The notes below the pieces were generated by a model, which saw nothing but the letters and a program-made list of their open reading frames with translations, did not search any database and had not been told where the DNA came from. A stretch of 64,000 nt of DNA, from the NCBI RefSeq assembly GCF_056746865.1, contig NZ_CM163382.1; one strand, 5' to 3'. Below are positions 21,558 to 31,807 of the stretch, one piece after another. Both the position numbers and the translations under genes were made by a program. The stretch's first letter is position 1; each line of letters opens with the position of its first letter.

Positions 21558-23708
21558 TTAGTGGTGCGAAGAGATCTTCACGCCGCCTTCCGGGATTGGA
21601 ACGTACGGTGTTTCTTTGTCAGTACGTTTGTCGCTGTTACGCACCTTCAGCCAGGTTTTGAAACCGTAGAAGATGATGCTGTACACCACAATCAGGAACA
21701 GAATACTCAGGCCCGCGTTGGTGTAGTTGTTCACAACAATGTGGTTCATGTTGGCAATCTGCTGCGCCGTCAGGTCAGTACCGTTAGCAATCTTCTCTTT
21801 GTACTGGCTTGCCATGTAGAAGAAGCCTTCCATCTGTGGGTTGGTGCTGAACAGTTTCAGACCCAGTGCCCAGGTGGTGCAGATAAGCAGCCATACAGCC
21901 GGAACAACGGTAACCCAGATGTATTGGGTGCGCTTCATCTTAATCAGCACAACGGTGCCCAGTACCAGCGCCACGGCTGCCAGCATCTGGTTGGAGATAC
22001 CGAACAGCGGCCACAGGCTCTTAACGCCGCCCAGCGGATCGACCACGCCCTGATACAGCAGGTAGCCCCACAGACCCACACAGCCCGCAGTACCGATGAT
22101 ACCGGCAACCAGAGAGTCGGTTTTTTTCAGGAACGGGATGAAGTTACCCAGCAGGTCTTGCAGCATAAAGCGGCCAGAACGGGTACCCGCATCCAGCGCG
22201 GTCAGGATGAACAGGGCTTCGAACAGAATACCGAAGTGATACCAGAAGCCCATGTCAGCCATCGGCAGCACTTTGTGGAACACATGAGCGATACCTACCG
22301 CCAGCGTCGGCGCACCACCTGCACGGTTCAGGACAGAAGGCTCACCAATGTCTTTCGCGGTTTGCAGGATCTGCTCTGGCGAAATCACGAAGCCCCAGGA
22401 GCTGACGGTTGCCGCCGCGTGTGCGGTAACGTCTTTCAGCTGCGCCATGATGATCGGCGCGTTCTCGCCACCCATTTCATGCAGGTTAGGCATGGTGATG
22501 CCAAGGCCAGCAGGCGGGGTATTCATCGCGAAGTAAAGACCCGGTTCGATGATGGACGCAGCAACCAGCGCCATAATCGCCACGAAGGACTCCATCAGCA
22601 TTGCGCCGTAGCCAATGAAACGCGCGTCGGTTTCATTAGCCAGCAGTTTCGGCGTCGTACCGGAAGAGATCAGCGCGTGGAAGCCAGATACCGCACCACA
22701 GGCGATGGTGATGAACAGGAACGGGAACAGAGCGCCTTTCCACAGCGGGCCAGTACCGTCAATGTACTGGGTCATCGCAGGCATTTTCAGTTCCGGGTTC
22801 AGCACCACGATACCCAGCGCCAGGCCGACGATAACGCCGATTTTCAGGAAGGTTGCCAGATAGTCGCGCGGTGCGAGGATCAGCCACACCGGCAGCAGTG
22901 CGGAAACAAACGCATAGCCAATCAGCGCGAAGGTAATGGTGGTGTCTTTAAAGGTCAGTGCCGGACCCCAGTACGGATCGTGAGCAATCACGCCACCGAA
23001 GTAGATAGAGGCAACCAGCAGCACGATACCAATGACAGAGACTTCACCCACACGCCCCGGACGGATAAAGCGCATGTAGATACCCATAAACAGCGCAATC
23101 GGTACGGTTGAGCAAACGGTGAAAACACCCCACGGGCTTTCGGCCAGGGCTTTAACCACAATCAGCGCCAGGACGGCAAGGATGATGATCATGATTAAGA
23201 AACAGCCAAACAGCGCGATAGTCCCCGGTACTGGTCCCATCTCTTCTTTGATCATCTCACCGAGAGATGCGCCGTTACGGCGAGAGGAGATAAACAGCAC
23301 CATAAAGTCCTGTACCGCACCGGCCAGTACTACCCCCGCCAGCAGCCACAGCGTGCCAGGTAGGTAGCCCATCTGCGCGGCGAGAACCGGACCAACCAGC
23401 GGACCAGCACCGGCGATAGCGGCGAAGTGGTGACCAAACAACACGTAACGGTTGGTCGGAACGTAGTTCAGACCGTCGTTGTTAATAACCGCAGGCGTCG
23501 CGCGCGTGGGGTCGAGTTTCATCACCTTCTGGGCGATGTACAAACTGTAGTAGCGATACGCCACCAGATACACCGACACAGAGGCGACCACGATCCACAG
23601 GGCGCTGACGTGCTCCCCCCGACGTAATGCAACTACCGCGAGGCAGAATGCACCGATGATTCCGAGAATCACCCAGGGTATGTGCTTGAATAGTTTTTTC
23701 GTATCCAT
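21558..23708 (-). CDS. btsT: BtsT (YjiY), CstA-family pyruvate/H+ symporter
   Basis: 716-aa polytopic membrane protein starting MDTKKLFKHIPWVILGIIG.. Confidence 0.9.
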   Translation of the reverse strand: MDTKKLFKHIPWVILGIIGAFCLAVVALRRGEHVSALWIVVASVSVYLVAYRYYSLYIAQKVMKLDPTRATPAVINNDGLNYVPTNRYVLFGHHFAAIAGAGPLVGPVLAAQMGYLPGTLWLLAGVVLAGAVQDFMVLFISSRRNGASLGEMIKEEMGPVPGTIALFGCFLIMIIILAVLALIVVKALAESPWGVFTVCSTVPIALFMGIYMRFIRPGRVGEVSVIGIVLLVASIYFGGVIAHDPYWGPALTFKDTTITFALIGYAFVSALLPVWLILAPRDYLATFLKIGVIVGLALGIVVLNPELKMPAMTQYIDGTGPLWKGALFPFLFITIACGAVSGFHALISSGTTPKLLANETDARFIGYGAMLMESFVAIMALVAASIIEPGLYFAMNTPPAGLGITMPNLHEMGGENAPIIMAQLKDVTAHAAATVSSWGFVISPEQILQTAKDIGEPSVLNRAGGAPTLAVGIAHVFHKVLPMADMGFWYHFGILFEALFILTALDAGTRSGRFMLQDLLGNFIPFLKKTDSLVAGIIGTAGCVGLWGYLLYQGVVDPLGGVKSLWPLFGISNQMLAAVALVLGTVVLIKMKRTQYIWVTVVPAVWLLICTTWALGLKLFSTNPQMEGFFYMASQYKEKIANGTDLTAQQIANMNHIVVNNYTNAGLSILFLIVVYSIIFYGFKTWLKVRNSDKRTDKETPYVPIPEGGVKISSHH

Positions 23709-23743
23709 AGTAAAACCTGGCATTTTACTCGTCGTCTTTTGGC

Positions 23744-23830
23744 TTACAGGTGCGGCAGCTGCGTTCGTTCACCTCTGACACTTACTGTTGTAAGCTCCCG
23801 GGGATTCACTCACTTGCTGCCTTCCTGCAA
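23744..23830. repeat. ERIC (IRU)-like repeat in the btsT leader, inverted relative to the copy at 15568-15662
   Basis: GCTCCCGGGGATTCACTCACTTGC is the exact reverse complement of the core at 15574-15597; about 85 percent identity over ~80 bp. Confidence 0.65.
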
Positions 23831-23966
23831 ACCAAAATCCATAGAGTAATTTGTTAATCATAGGCCGAAGCCGTTCTAGGTTTGCGTTGCGTTTGAGGAG
23901 GTAAATTGACCGCTATCCTGCAGTGATGTTGCCAGAGATACGCGCGCGTAAAGTAAGGTAAATAAC

Positions 23967-24015
23967 TGAGTGGTTATTTTAGGGATGTAAGCGGTCAGGA
24001 ATGGCGGTGAGCGGT
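23967..24015 (-). promoter_or_regulatory. Putative BtsR (YehT) operator: three direct repeats ACC(G/A)CT(C/T)A spaced 12-13 bp, upstream of btsT
   Basis: On the btsT strand: ACCGCTCA (24015-24008), ACCGCTTA (23995-23988), ACCACTCA (23974-23967); matches the published YehT/BtsR half-site as I recall it. Confidence 0.5.
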
Positions 24016-24043
24016 TGGGCAAGAATTATTCATCGGGTGGATA

Positions 24044-24059
24044 TGTGATTGAGATCACA
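24044..24059. promoter_or_regulatory. Consensus CRP site TGTGA-N6-TCACA
   Basis: tgtgattgagatcaca, perfect palindromic CRP half-sites; lies upstream of btsT and just downstream of the hpaC terminator. Confidence 0.55.
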
Positions 24060-24065
24060 ATAAAA

Positions 24066-24096
24066 ATGCCCCTTCGACGAATGCGTGAAGGGGCTG
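24066..24096 (-). terminator. Rho-independent terminator after hpaC
   Basis: gccccttc..gaaggggc stem-loop directly 3-prime of the hpaC stop. Confidence 0.55.
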
Positions 24097-24100
24097 GAGC

Positions 24101-24613
24101 TTAAATCGCAGCTTCCATTTCCAGCATCACCGGATGGAAACGGCGTTTAAAGTAGATAAGTCCGTGACCTTCTGCACTGAGGATGATGTTTTTAATCTCC
24201 ACCAGATACACCAGATGTGTGCCAATTGCCTGCACATCGCGGATCTCACCTTCAAGACTGGCCAGCGAACCTTTTAGCACCGGCTGCGCCAGCGGACCTT
24301 TTTGCCAGCATGAGAGGCTAAAACGCTCTTCCATCGCCATGCCTGTCATGCCCGCGAAGTGGCGTGCCATCAGTTCCTGCTCATGGTTGAGGACGTTGAC
24401 GCACAACTTGCCGTTGCCCTGAAAAACCGGGTTCATCGCACTGTTGGCGTTAATGCACACCATCAGCGACGGTGGTGTATCCGTGACCGAGCAGACAGCC
24501 GTTGCCGTAATCCCGCATTGTCCGGTGTCGCCCTCGGTGGTGATAATATTTACCGCTGCCGACAGGCTGGCCATCGCGTCACGAAAGCGCAGGCGTTGTT
24601 CATCTAATTGCAT
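24101..24613 (-). CDS. hpaC: HpaC, NAD(P)H-flavin oxidoreductase component of 4-hydroxyphenylacetate 3-monooxygenase
   Basis: 170-aa translation; position immediately after hpaB; flavin reductase family. Confidence 0.85.
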   Translation of the reverse strand: MQLDEQRLRFRDAMASLSAAVNIITTEGDTGQCGITATAVCSVTDTPPSLMVCINANSAMNPVFQGNGKLCVNVLNHEQELMARHFAGMTGMAMEERFSLSCWQKGPLAQPVLKGSLASLEGEIRDVQAIGTHLVYLVEIKNIILSAEGHGLIYFKRRFHPVMLEMEAAI

Positions 24614-24630
24614 CTTAACCTCCTGCTGCG

Positions 24631-26193
24631 TTATTTCAGCAGCTTATCCAGCATGTTGATATCGTCGTTGTTGTGCAGGTGCGGCACAGTCCAGCCGTTC
24701 TGGTCGTATTCCGACAGGCAGCGATCAACCATCGCCATCATCTTGTCCATATTGCCGGAGCTTTGTGCCTGGCGCAGACACTGCAGGCGAATCTCATCCT
24801 GGCTACCGGAGTAGTTGATTTCATACAGTTCGTGGCGACCACCAAACTCGCTGCCAATGGCGTCCCACATCAGTTTGAGGATCTTGATGCGCTGGACGTG
24901 ATCCATACCATTCGAACCGCGCACATACTTCGCCAGATACTGGTCGATCTGCGGATTGTTCAGGTCACGGGCACTGGAAGGGAGGTAGATCAGGCCACTG
25001 GTAACGTTGCGTTCGATAATGTTTTTGATCTTCGCGTAGGCCATTGGTGCCAGTACGCGATAGGTTTGCAGTGCGGCATGATCCGGTAAATAAGCCCCGT
25101 TGACCCACGGCGTCGCTTCAGAACACATCGAGTCACTCAATGCCCAGAAGGTGTTGCGCCACGCCACCACTTCACCGAGATCGGCCTGCACACCACGGAA
25201 CTCCAGGGTGCCGGTACATTCGAGTGATTTTTTCAGCAGTGCCGTAATGAAGTCGAGTTTCACTGCCAGGCGCACACAGGCTTGCAGCGGATACATACGG
25301 GCAAAACCGCCTTCCATCGTCCAGCGACGGCAGCGATCAAAATCGCGGTAGATCAGCACGTTTTCCCATGGGATCAGCACGTTATCCATCACCAGAATCG
25401 CATCATTCTCATCGAAGCGGCTGGAGAGCGGGTAGTCATACGGTGAGCCGGTAGCACCCGCGACCATCTCATAAGAGGCGCGGGAGATTAATTTCACGCC
25501 ATCAGCATCCATTGGCGCAACGAACATCAGCGCGAAGTCCGGGTTTTCGCCCATTACTTGTGCCGAGCCGAAGCCAACCATGTTGTAGTGAGTCAGCGCC
25601 GAGTTGGTGGCAACCACTTTCGCACCGCTAACGATAATCCCGGCGTCAGTCTCTTTTTCCAGCTTGATGTAAACGTCTTTCACTTTATCGGTCGGCAAAT
25701 GACGATCGATCGGTGGGTTAACAATCGCGTGGTTAAAGTAGAGGCCAGTTTCCTGAATACGGGTATACCAGTTACGGGCGTTCTGCTCGAACTGACCGTA
25801 AAAGCCCGGATTCGCGCCCAGTGCGCAACCGAAAGCAGCTTTGTAGTCTGGGGTACGGCCCATCCAGCCATAGCTCAGGCGTGACCACTCAGCGATGGCG
25901 TCGCGTTGCTGGCGCAGGTCGTCGGCACTTTTCGCCACGCGGAAGAATTTATGGGTATAGCCGCCGCTGCCGGTGTCGGTGTTCCAACACAGAGAGTCCT
26001 GCATCTCCGGTTTGTGCAGCGCGTCGTACAGTTGGGCAACAGACGCTGCCGCATTACGAAATGCCGGATGAGTAGTGACGTCTTTCACTCGCTCGCCATA
26101 GATATAGATCTCGCGACCATCCTGCAGGCTTTTCAGATACTCTTCCCCGGTGAACGGACGTTGGGTACTGGCGCGGAAATCTTCTGGTTTCAT
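24631..26193 (-). CDS. hpaB: HpaB, 4-hydroxyphenylacetate 3-monooxygenase oxygenase component
   Basis: 520-aa translation MKPEDFRASTQRPFTGEEYLKSLQDGREIYIYGERVKDVTTHPAFRNAAASV.. Confidence 0.9.
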   Translation of the reverse strand: MKPEDFRASTQRPFTGEEYLKSLQDGREIYIYGERVKDVTTHPAFRNAAASVAQLYDALHKPEMQDSLCWNTDTGSGGYTHKFFRVAKSADDLRQQRDAIAEWSRLSYGWMGRTPDYKAAFGCALGANPGFYGQFEQNARNWYTRIQETGLYFNHAIVNPPIDRHLPTDKVKDVYIKLEKETDAGIIVSGAKVVATNSALTHYNMVGFGSAQVMGENPDFALMFVAPMDADGVKLISRASYEMVAGATGSPYDYPLSSRFDENDAILVMDNVLIPWENVLIYRDFDRCRRWTMEGGFARMYPLQACVRLAVKLDFITALLKKSLECTGTLEFRGVQADLGEVVAWRNTFWALSDSMCSEATPWVNGAYLPDHAALQTYRVLAPMAYAKIKNIIERNVTSGLIYLPSSARDLNNPQIDQYLAKYVRGSNGMDHVQRIKILKLMWDAIGSEFGGRHELYEINYSGSQDEIRLQCLRQAQSSGNMDKMMAMVDRCLSEYDQNGWTVPHLHNNDDINMLDKLLK

Positions 26194-26443
26194 GTCGACC
26201 TCTACAGTATTAATCGGAATACGATTGTTAATTTTGTGTGTTGTTTTTGTTATTCAATTGAAGCTTGCAGGGGCGATTACGGGAAGAGACTTTTGGGACA
26301 ATGGCTGGTACTTTTCAGGTCGGGTACGGTTTTGTGATCGAGGTCGCTTTTAGCGATTTTTGACGTTACTAAATCCCCTTGCTCCAGGCGGAGAAAGGGG
26401 AATAGCAGGTGGTGCCTGGTTTCCCGTTAAGGCTAAGGGATTT

Positions 26444-27334
26444 TCACGTCACAGGTACTTTTTTGGCACGATAAGCACTGGGCGAGCAACCGACTAAGCG
26501 ATAAAAAAAGCGCGCAAAATAAGCCGGATCCTTAAAACCGAGTTGCCAGGCAATATTGTTCACGGCGTTATCAGAAAACAGCAGCAGCCGCTTGGCTTCT
26601 CGCAGCTGCCTGTCGAAAATCAACCGTTTTGGCGGACGGTTGGCAAAGCGACGGCAGATGTCCGTGAGTCGTGATTCGGTGATATGCAGTTCGTTAGCGT
26701 AATCCGGTACTGTCCAGTGCTGATGAAAATGGCTTTCAATCAGCATATGAAAACGCTGGAACAGTTTTAATTCTCCGCGCATCCCGCTGGCGGCATGGTC
26801 GTCGAGTTTTGCGTTACGCAGCAGTAGGGTGAACACTGCCTGTGCCAGGAGCGTCAGGGTGTGTTCCCGTCCAGGCAGTTGTTCCACCGATTCCCGCTCT
26901 ATCAGTTGCCAATAGTGTTCCAGCGCCGCCAGTTCGTCGGGTTTATCTGCCAGTGACAGGCAAATCCCCGGCAGGCCGAAGGTTTCCCGAGTGCCCGGAT
27001 ACAGAACTTCCAGCAGGGGCCAGATCAGATCTTCCCGTACCGTCAACACATGACCGTCGGCGTCAGACTCCGTAATAAACGCATGAGGTACTGACGGCGG
27101 CGTCAGGACAAACAGGGGCGCTTCCACCGAGTAGCGATGATCGTCAAGCTGTAGCTCAATCTGTCCGCTATTGAGGAAATGCATCTGAAAGTACTGTTCG
27201 TGGCGATGTGGCAGCATATGGCGGCCAAAAAATGCCGCCATGCGGGCGAACGACTGATAATGCACATCGTCCGTACCCAGGCTTTCATCGTACTCTTTGC
27301 TGATATCAATATTGGCAATCTGACGGTCACGCAT
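26444..27334 (-). CDS. hpaA: HpaA, AraC/XylS-family activator of hpaBC
   Basis: 296 aa with C-terminal AraC-type HTH (..AWQLGFKDPAYFARFFYRLVGCSPSAYR..). Confidence 0.85.
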   Translation of the reverse strand: MRDRQIANIDISKEYDESLGTDDVHYQSFARMAAFFGRHMLPHRHEQYFQMHFLNSGQIELQLDDHRYSVEAPLFVLTPPSVPHAFITESDADGHVLTVREDLIWPLLEVLYPGTRETFGLPGICLSLADKPDELAALEHYWQLIERESVEQLPGREHTLTLLAQAVFTLLLRNAKLDDHAASGMRGELKLFQRFHMLIESHFHQHWTVPDYANELHITESRLTDICRRFANRPPKRLIFDRQLREAKRLLLFSDNAVNNIAWQLGFKDPAYFARFFYRLVGCSPSAYRAKKVPVT

Positions 27335-27343
27335 CGTCGTTCC

Positions 27344-28720
27344 TTACGGGGTCGCTCGCGGACGGGAGGACTGCATTGGAATCGCCCAGATAATCCCCGC
27401 ACCAATCACCAGCAGCGCGGCAACAAACCACAATCCACTGTTAAAGCTGCCGGTCAGATCTTTCAACCAGCCGATCATAAACGGACTTAATGCTGAACCA
27501 ATGTTGCCAGTGGCGTTGATCACCGCAATACCGATCGCTCGTGCCCGCAGGCTGATGGACTGATCCGGTGTTGTCCAGAAAATCGCCATTGCGCTGAATG
27601 ATCCGGTCGAAGCCATAATGATCCCCAGCATCTGGATCATGTTGTGATCAGTTGCCGAAGCCAGTAACCAACCAGCGGCAGCGAACAAATAAGGAAGGGC
27701 GGTGTGATGCCTTCGTTCCTGGCGGTGATCTGAGTGACGGCTCCAGTAAATCATCCCGAGAATGGTACAAATCTGCGGTACGGCGGCCAGCAGGCCGATG
27801 GTGATATTACTGCTGCCCTGATTAAAGCTTTGCAGGATCTGCGGTGTCCAGATGCTGATCGCACTAAGTGTGTTGGTCAGGCAGAAATACGCCAGGGTAT
27901 ACATCATCACCACCGGAGTGAAGATCTCCCGCCACATGCTGCGTTGTTGCATGGCGTGGTGGCTGATGGCTCCCTCTGGCTGAACCAGCGTCAGACGATC
28001 GTTATCCATCATCTCTTGCAGGCATTTTTTGTCTTCTTTCGTCAGCCACTTAGCTTTGTCCGGTGAGTCATCAAGCCAGAACCACACCATGATGCCGAGT
28101 AATACCGACGGGAAGCCTTCCAGCAAAAACAGCCACTGCCAGCCTTTTAATGCCATTACGCCATCCAGCGACAAAATGTAGCCGGAAACGATCGATCCCA
28201 ACGCTGTCGTTACCGGCATTGCCACCATAAACAAGGCGTTGGCACGGGCGCGGAAATAGGCCGGAAACCAGAAGGTTAAATACAGCAGAATGCCAGGCAG
28301 AAAGCCGGCTTCGGTAATGCCAACCAGTATACGCAGTACGTACAAGCTGGTGGGGCCAGTGGCAAACATGGTGGCAGTAGAGGCGATGCCCCAAAGCACC
28401 ATGATGGTGGCGATCCAGCGCCGCGCACCGACAATACTCAGCATAATGTTGCTGGGAATGCCGAAGATGACATAAGCGGCGTAGAACAGGGTGGTGGCGA
28501 GGCCAAACATGGTGGCGCTCAGACCGAGGTCGCGTCCCATCGTGAGTCCGGCAAAGCCGATGTTGATGCGATCAAGGAACGAGAAGATAAACAGCACGAA
28601 CAGAAAGACGATCAGGCGGCGAAACAGCTTCTTAATAACCGCCTGTTGTCCGGCAGTCAGCGCTTTATGCTGATTCGCCGGATCGATACTCTCCGGTATG
28701 GCAGGTGAGGTGTCGCTCAT
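27344..28720 (-). CDS. hpaX: HpaX, MFS 4-hydroxyphenylacetate transporter
   Basis: Polytopic MFS protein; start taken at MSDTSPAIPES.. inside the 478-aa track ORF. Confidence 0.8.
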   Translation of the reverse strand: MSDTSPAIPESIDPANQHKALTAGQQAVIKKLFRRLIVFLFVLFIFSFLDRINIGFAGLTMGRDLGLSATMFGLATTLFYAAYVIFGIPSNIMLSIVGARRWIATIMVLWGIASTATMFATGPTSLYVLRILVGITEAGFLPGILLYLTFWFPAYFRARANALFMVAMPVTTALGSIVSGYILSLDGVMALKGWQWLFLLEGFPSVLLGIMVWFWLDDSPDKAKWLTKEDKKCLQEMMDNDRLTLVQPEGAISHHAMQQRSMWREIFTPVVMMYTLAYFCLTNTLSAISIWTPQILQSFNQGSSNITIGLLAAVPQICTILGMIYWSRHSDHRQERRHHTALPYLFAAAGWLLASATDHNMIQMLGIIMASTGSFSAMAIFWTTPDQSISLRARAIGIAVINATGNIGSALSPFMIGWLKDLTGSFNSGLWFVAALLVIGAGIIWAIPMQSSRPRATP

Positions 28721-28744
28721 TTTTCTTCCTCTAATGGGATTTTT

Positions 28745-28894
<150 letters not shown>

Positions 28895-28900
<6 letters not shown>

Positions 28901-29683
28901 CACGTCGGGCTTAATCGCTGTAGCCTGCGCACCAAACCGTGCTGCCAGCGCTTCGGCGGCGCGGGCGAGCAGGGTGGTGTCAACGCCGACGGCGACAAAC
29001 AGCGCGCCCAGTTCCAGATAGCGTTTTGCCAGTTGCTCATTGGCGATCAGGATCCCCGGCGCTTTGCCCGCTTCGCGGATCTGCACGATCGCCTGCTCAA
29101 TCGCGGCCTGTACTTCCGGGTGCTGAGGATTACCGGCATAACCCATATCGGCGCTCAGATCCGCCGGGCCGATAAACACGCCGTCGACCCCTTCCACGTC
29201 CAGAATCTGCGGTAAGTTCTTCATTGCCTCACGCGTTTCGATCTGCACCAGCACGCACATTTGATCGTTGGCTTTTTGCAGGTAATCAGGAATACGATTC
29301 CAGCGCGAGGCTCGGGCCAGCGCACTGCCCACACCGCGAATACCGGCGGGGGGATAACGGGTGGCGCGTACCGCTTCACGGGCTTCGTCAGCGTTTTGAA
29401 CCATCGGCACCAGTAAGGTTTGTGTGCCGACATCCAGCAGTTGTTTGATTTGCACCGGATCGTTCCACGACGGACGTACCACCGGCTGGCTGGGGTAGGG
29501 CGCAATCGCCTGTAGCTGGGTGAGCACGGTTTGCACGTTATTCGGCGCGTGCTCACCGTCGATCAATAACCAGTCGAATCCTGCTCCGGCCAGTAACTCT
29601 GCGCTGTAGCTGCTACTTAGCCCCAGCCATAATCCGATCTGCGGGCGGCCTGCTTTCAGCGCCGCTTTAAAACTGTTTTCCAT
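28895..29683 (-). CDS. hpaI: HpaI, 2,4-dihydroxyhept-2-ene-1,7-dioate aldolase (HpcH family)
   Basis: Translation from [48 protein letters not shown]..; the N-terminal extension in the track ORF overlaps hpaH and is discarded. Confidence 0.85.
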
Positions 29684-29693
29684 CGTTCTCTCC

Positions 29694-30497
29694 TTAAACA
29701 AAGCGGCAGCTAATGGAGCCCATGTTGCCGTAATCGACGTGGAAGGTATCGCCCTTACGCGCCGGAACCGGGCGGGTGAACGAACCGCCGAGAATGATTT
29801 GCCCGGCTTCCAGTTGTACGTCATACGGTGCGAGTTTGTTCGCCAGCCAGGCCACGCCGTTTGCCGGATGATTTAGCACACCAGCGGCGACGCCAGTTTC
29901 TTCAATCACGCCATTGCGATACATCAGGGCGGAGATCCAACGCAGATCCAGTTCGTCTGGTTTGATCGGACGACCGCCGAGGATCACTCCGGCGTTGGCG
30001 GCGTTATCAGAAATGGTGTCGAACACTTTGCGCGGGCGCTGGGTTTCCGGATCGATGTTGTGGCAGCGGGCGTCGATCAGCTCCAGCGCCGGGATCACGT
30101 AGTCCGTGGCGTTGTAGACGTCGAACAGCGTGCAGTTTGGCCCACGCAGCGGTTTTGCCAGCACAAAAGCCAGCTCCACTTCAATGCGCGGCACGATAAA
30201 GCGATCGGTCGGGATATCGCTGCCATCGTGGAAGAACATGTCGTCCAGCAATGCACCGTAATCTGGCTCGCTGATTTGTGAGCTGGCCTGCATCGCTTTC
30301 GAGGTCAGGCCGATTTTGTGGCCTTTCAGCGTGCGGCCTTCGGCGATTTTCAGTCGGACCCATTCGCGCTGTACGGCGTAGGCGTCTTCAATGGTGATCT
30401 CCGGGTAATCCAGCGAGATCGCGCGGATCTGTTCACGCTGTTTTTCTGCCTGATCCAGACGCTGGGCGATCAGGGTGTGGGTGTGTTTATCGAACAT
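29694..30497 (-). CDS. hpaH: HpaH, 2-oxo-hept-4-ene-1,7-dioate hydratase
   Basis: 267-aa translation [43 protein letters not shown].. Confidence 0.85.
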   Translation of the reverse strand: MFDKHTHTLIAQRLDQAEKQREQIRAISLDYPEITIEDAYAVQREWVRLKIAEGRTLKGHKIGLTSKAMQASSQISEPDYGALLDDMFFHDGSDIPTDRFIVPRIEVELAFVLAKPLRGPNCTLFDVYNATDYVIPALELIDARCHNIDPETQRPRKVFDTISDNAANAGVILGGRPIKPDELDLRWISALMYRNGVIEETGVAAGVLNHPANGVAWLANKLAPYDVQLEAGQIILGGSFTRPVPARKGDTFHVDYGNMGSISCRFV

Positions 30498-30516
30498 AGC
30501 GATATCCTGTGGCATT

Positions 30517-30548
30517 GCCGGATGCGGCTGCGCCTTATCATCCAGCCT
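30517..30548. repeat. Single REP element between hpaH and hpaF
   Basis: gccggatgcggctgcgccttatcatcc. Confidence 0.55.
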
Positions 30549-30564
30549 GGAAGCTGGTGCAAAT

Positions 30565-30945
30565 TTATTTAAACAACGCGTGTACGTTGTTCTGTTTGAA
30601 ATTCAACGTCGGGTGCAGCTCTGCAATCTCAAATGAAAGCGCCAGGTAACGGCTCTCCATCAGTGAGGCGAAGTGCGTTTTAATCAGATCAAACAGCATT
30701 TCGCCTACTTCCTGACGGCTTTCCAGACTGCGCCCGCTGCCGATTTTTAGCGTCATATGCACAAAGGCGTAATCGTGCTTGCCATCAGCCATTTGCCAGG
30801 TATCGATCCAGTGTGCCCGGCTACGTATTCCCCCAAGCGGAAAAATCCCCGTCGCCGCCAGTGCGGTGTTAACACTGGCAAACAGCTCAGGTAAGCGGGC
30901 TTCTTGACGAATATTTTCAGTACATTCCACGATAAAGTGCGGCAT
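30565..30945 (-). CDS. hpaF: HpaF, 5-carboxymethyl-2-hydroxymuconate isomerase
   Basis: 126-aa translation [26 protein letters not shown].. Confidence 0.85.
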   Translation of the reverse strand: MPHFIVECTENIRQEARLPELFASVNTALAATGIFPLGGIRSRAHWIDTWQMADGKHDYAFVHMTLKIGSGRSLESRQEVGEMLFDLIKTHFASLMESRYLALSFEIAELHPTLNFKQNNVHALFK

Positions 30946-30954
30946 GGTTTTTCC

Positions 30955-31806
30955 TTACGCGGGAAGCGGGAAAACAGCGTTAACCTGACCAGTGCCAGAG
31001 CTTGGGAACAGCTCGGTAATAAACTCCACCTTGCCGTCGTATTTATCCCAGCCGAGCATCCCCAGCAGCATCACCGTGTCGTGCATATTGCCTTCGCCGT
31101 AGCAGTAGTCGGCGTACTCCGGCAGCATATTGCAGAACTCTTTGAACTGGCCTTCGCGCCACAACTTCACCACGCGCTCGTCCATCTGGCGGTCGAACTC
31201 GCGGGTGTAGCTGTTCATCCCTTCTTCCGCACGCTGATCGTCAATAAAGCGGTGCGATAACGAACCGCTGGCAAGGACCGCCACGGTGCCGTCGTACTGT
31301 TCGATCGCTTTCAGAATCGCTTCGCCCAGCTTGCGGCTGTCGGCAAAATCATGAACGGTACAGAATGCGGAGATGGAGACCACTTTGAAGTGCTTGTCTT
31401 CATTCATGTAGCGCATCGGCACCAGCGTGCCGTATTCCAGTTTCAGGCTGGGAATATTGTGCGCTTTTGCCCGCACGCCGAGCTTTAAGGCTTCATCGGC
31501 AATAAGCTGCCCCAACTCCGGGTTGCCCTCGTAGTTGTAGGTCATGTCACGAATAAAATGCGGCAGCTCGTTACTGGTGTAGACGCCTTCAAAATGGTCT
31601 GCACAGTTGATGTGATAAGCACTGTTGACCAGCCAGTGGGTATCGAAAACGATAATGGTATCGACGCCCATTTCCCGGCAACGCTTGCTGATCTCTTTAT
31701 GCCCGTCGATCGCGCCCTGGCGGCAACCGTGGTTTTTCCCTGGCAGTTCAGAGAGATACATCGACGGTACGTGCGTGATCTTGGCGGCTAACGCTAACTT
31801 ACCCAT
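30955..31806 (-). CDS. hpaD: HpaD, 3,4-dihydroxyphenylacetate (homoprotocatechuate) 2,3-dioxygenase
   Basis: 283-aa extradiol dioxygenase-like translation; operon position. Confidence 0.85.
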   Translation of the reverse strand: MGKLALAAKITHVPSMYLSELPGKNHGCRQGAIDGHKEISKRCREMGVDTIIVFDTHWLVNSAYHINCADHFEGVYTSNELPHFIRDMTYNYEGNPELGQLIADEALKLGVRAKAHNIPSLKLEYGTLVPMRYMNEDKHFKVVSISAFCTVHDFADSRKLGEAILKAIEQYDGTVAVLASGSLSHRFIDDQRAEEGMNSYTREFDRQMDERVVKLWREGQFKEFCNMLPEYADYCYGEGNMHDTVMLLGMLGWDKYDGKVEFITELFPSSGTGQVNAVFPLPA

Positions 31807-31807
31807 A

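Noticed and set aside
21561-23111. 516-aa plus-strand ORF spanning most of btsT
   Set aside because: Antisense to the btsT membrane transporter; Arg/Gln/His-rich composition typical of an antisense frame.
29684-29824. N-terminal 47-codon extension of the hpaI track ORF
   Set aside because: It overlaps the 3-prime end of hpaH, and the recognisable HpaI sequence starts at [12 protein letters not shown]; the extension is an ORF-caller artefact.
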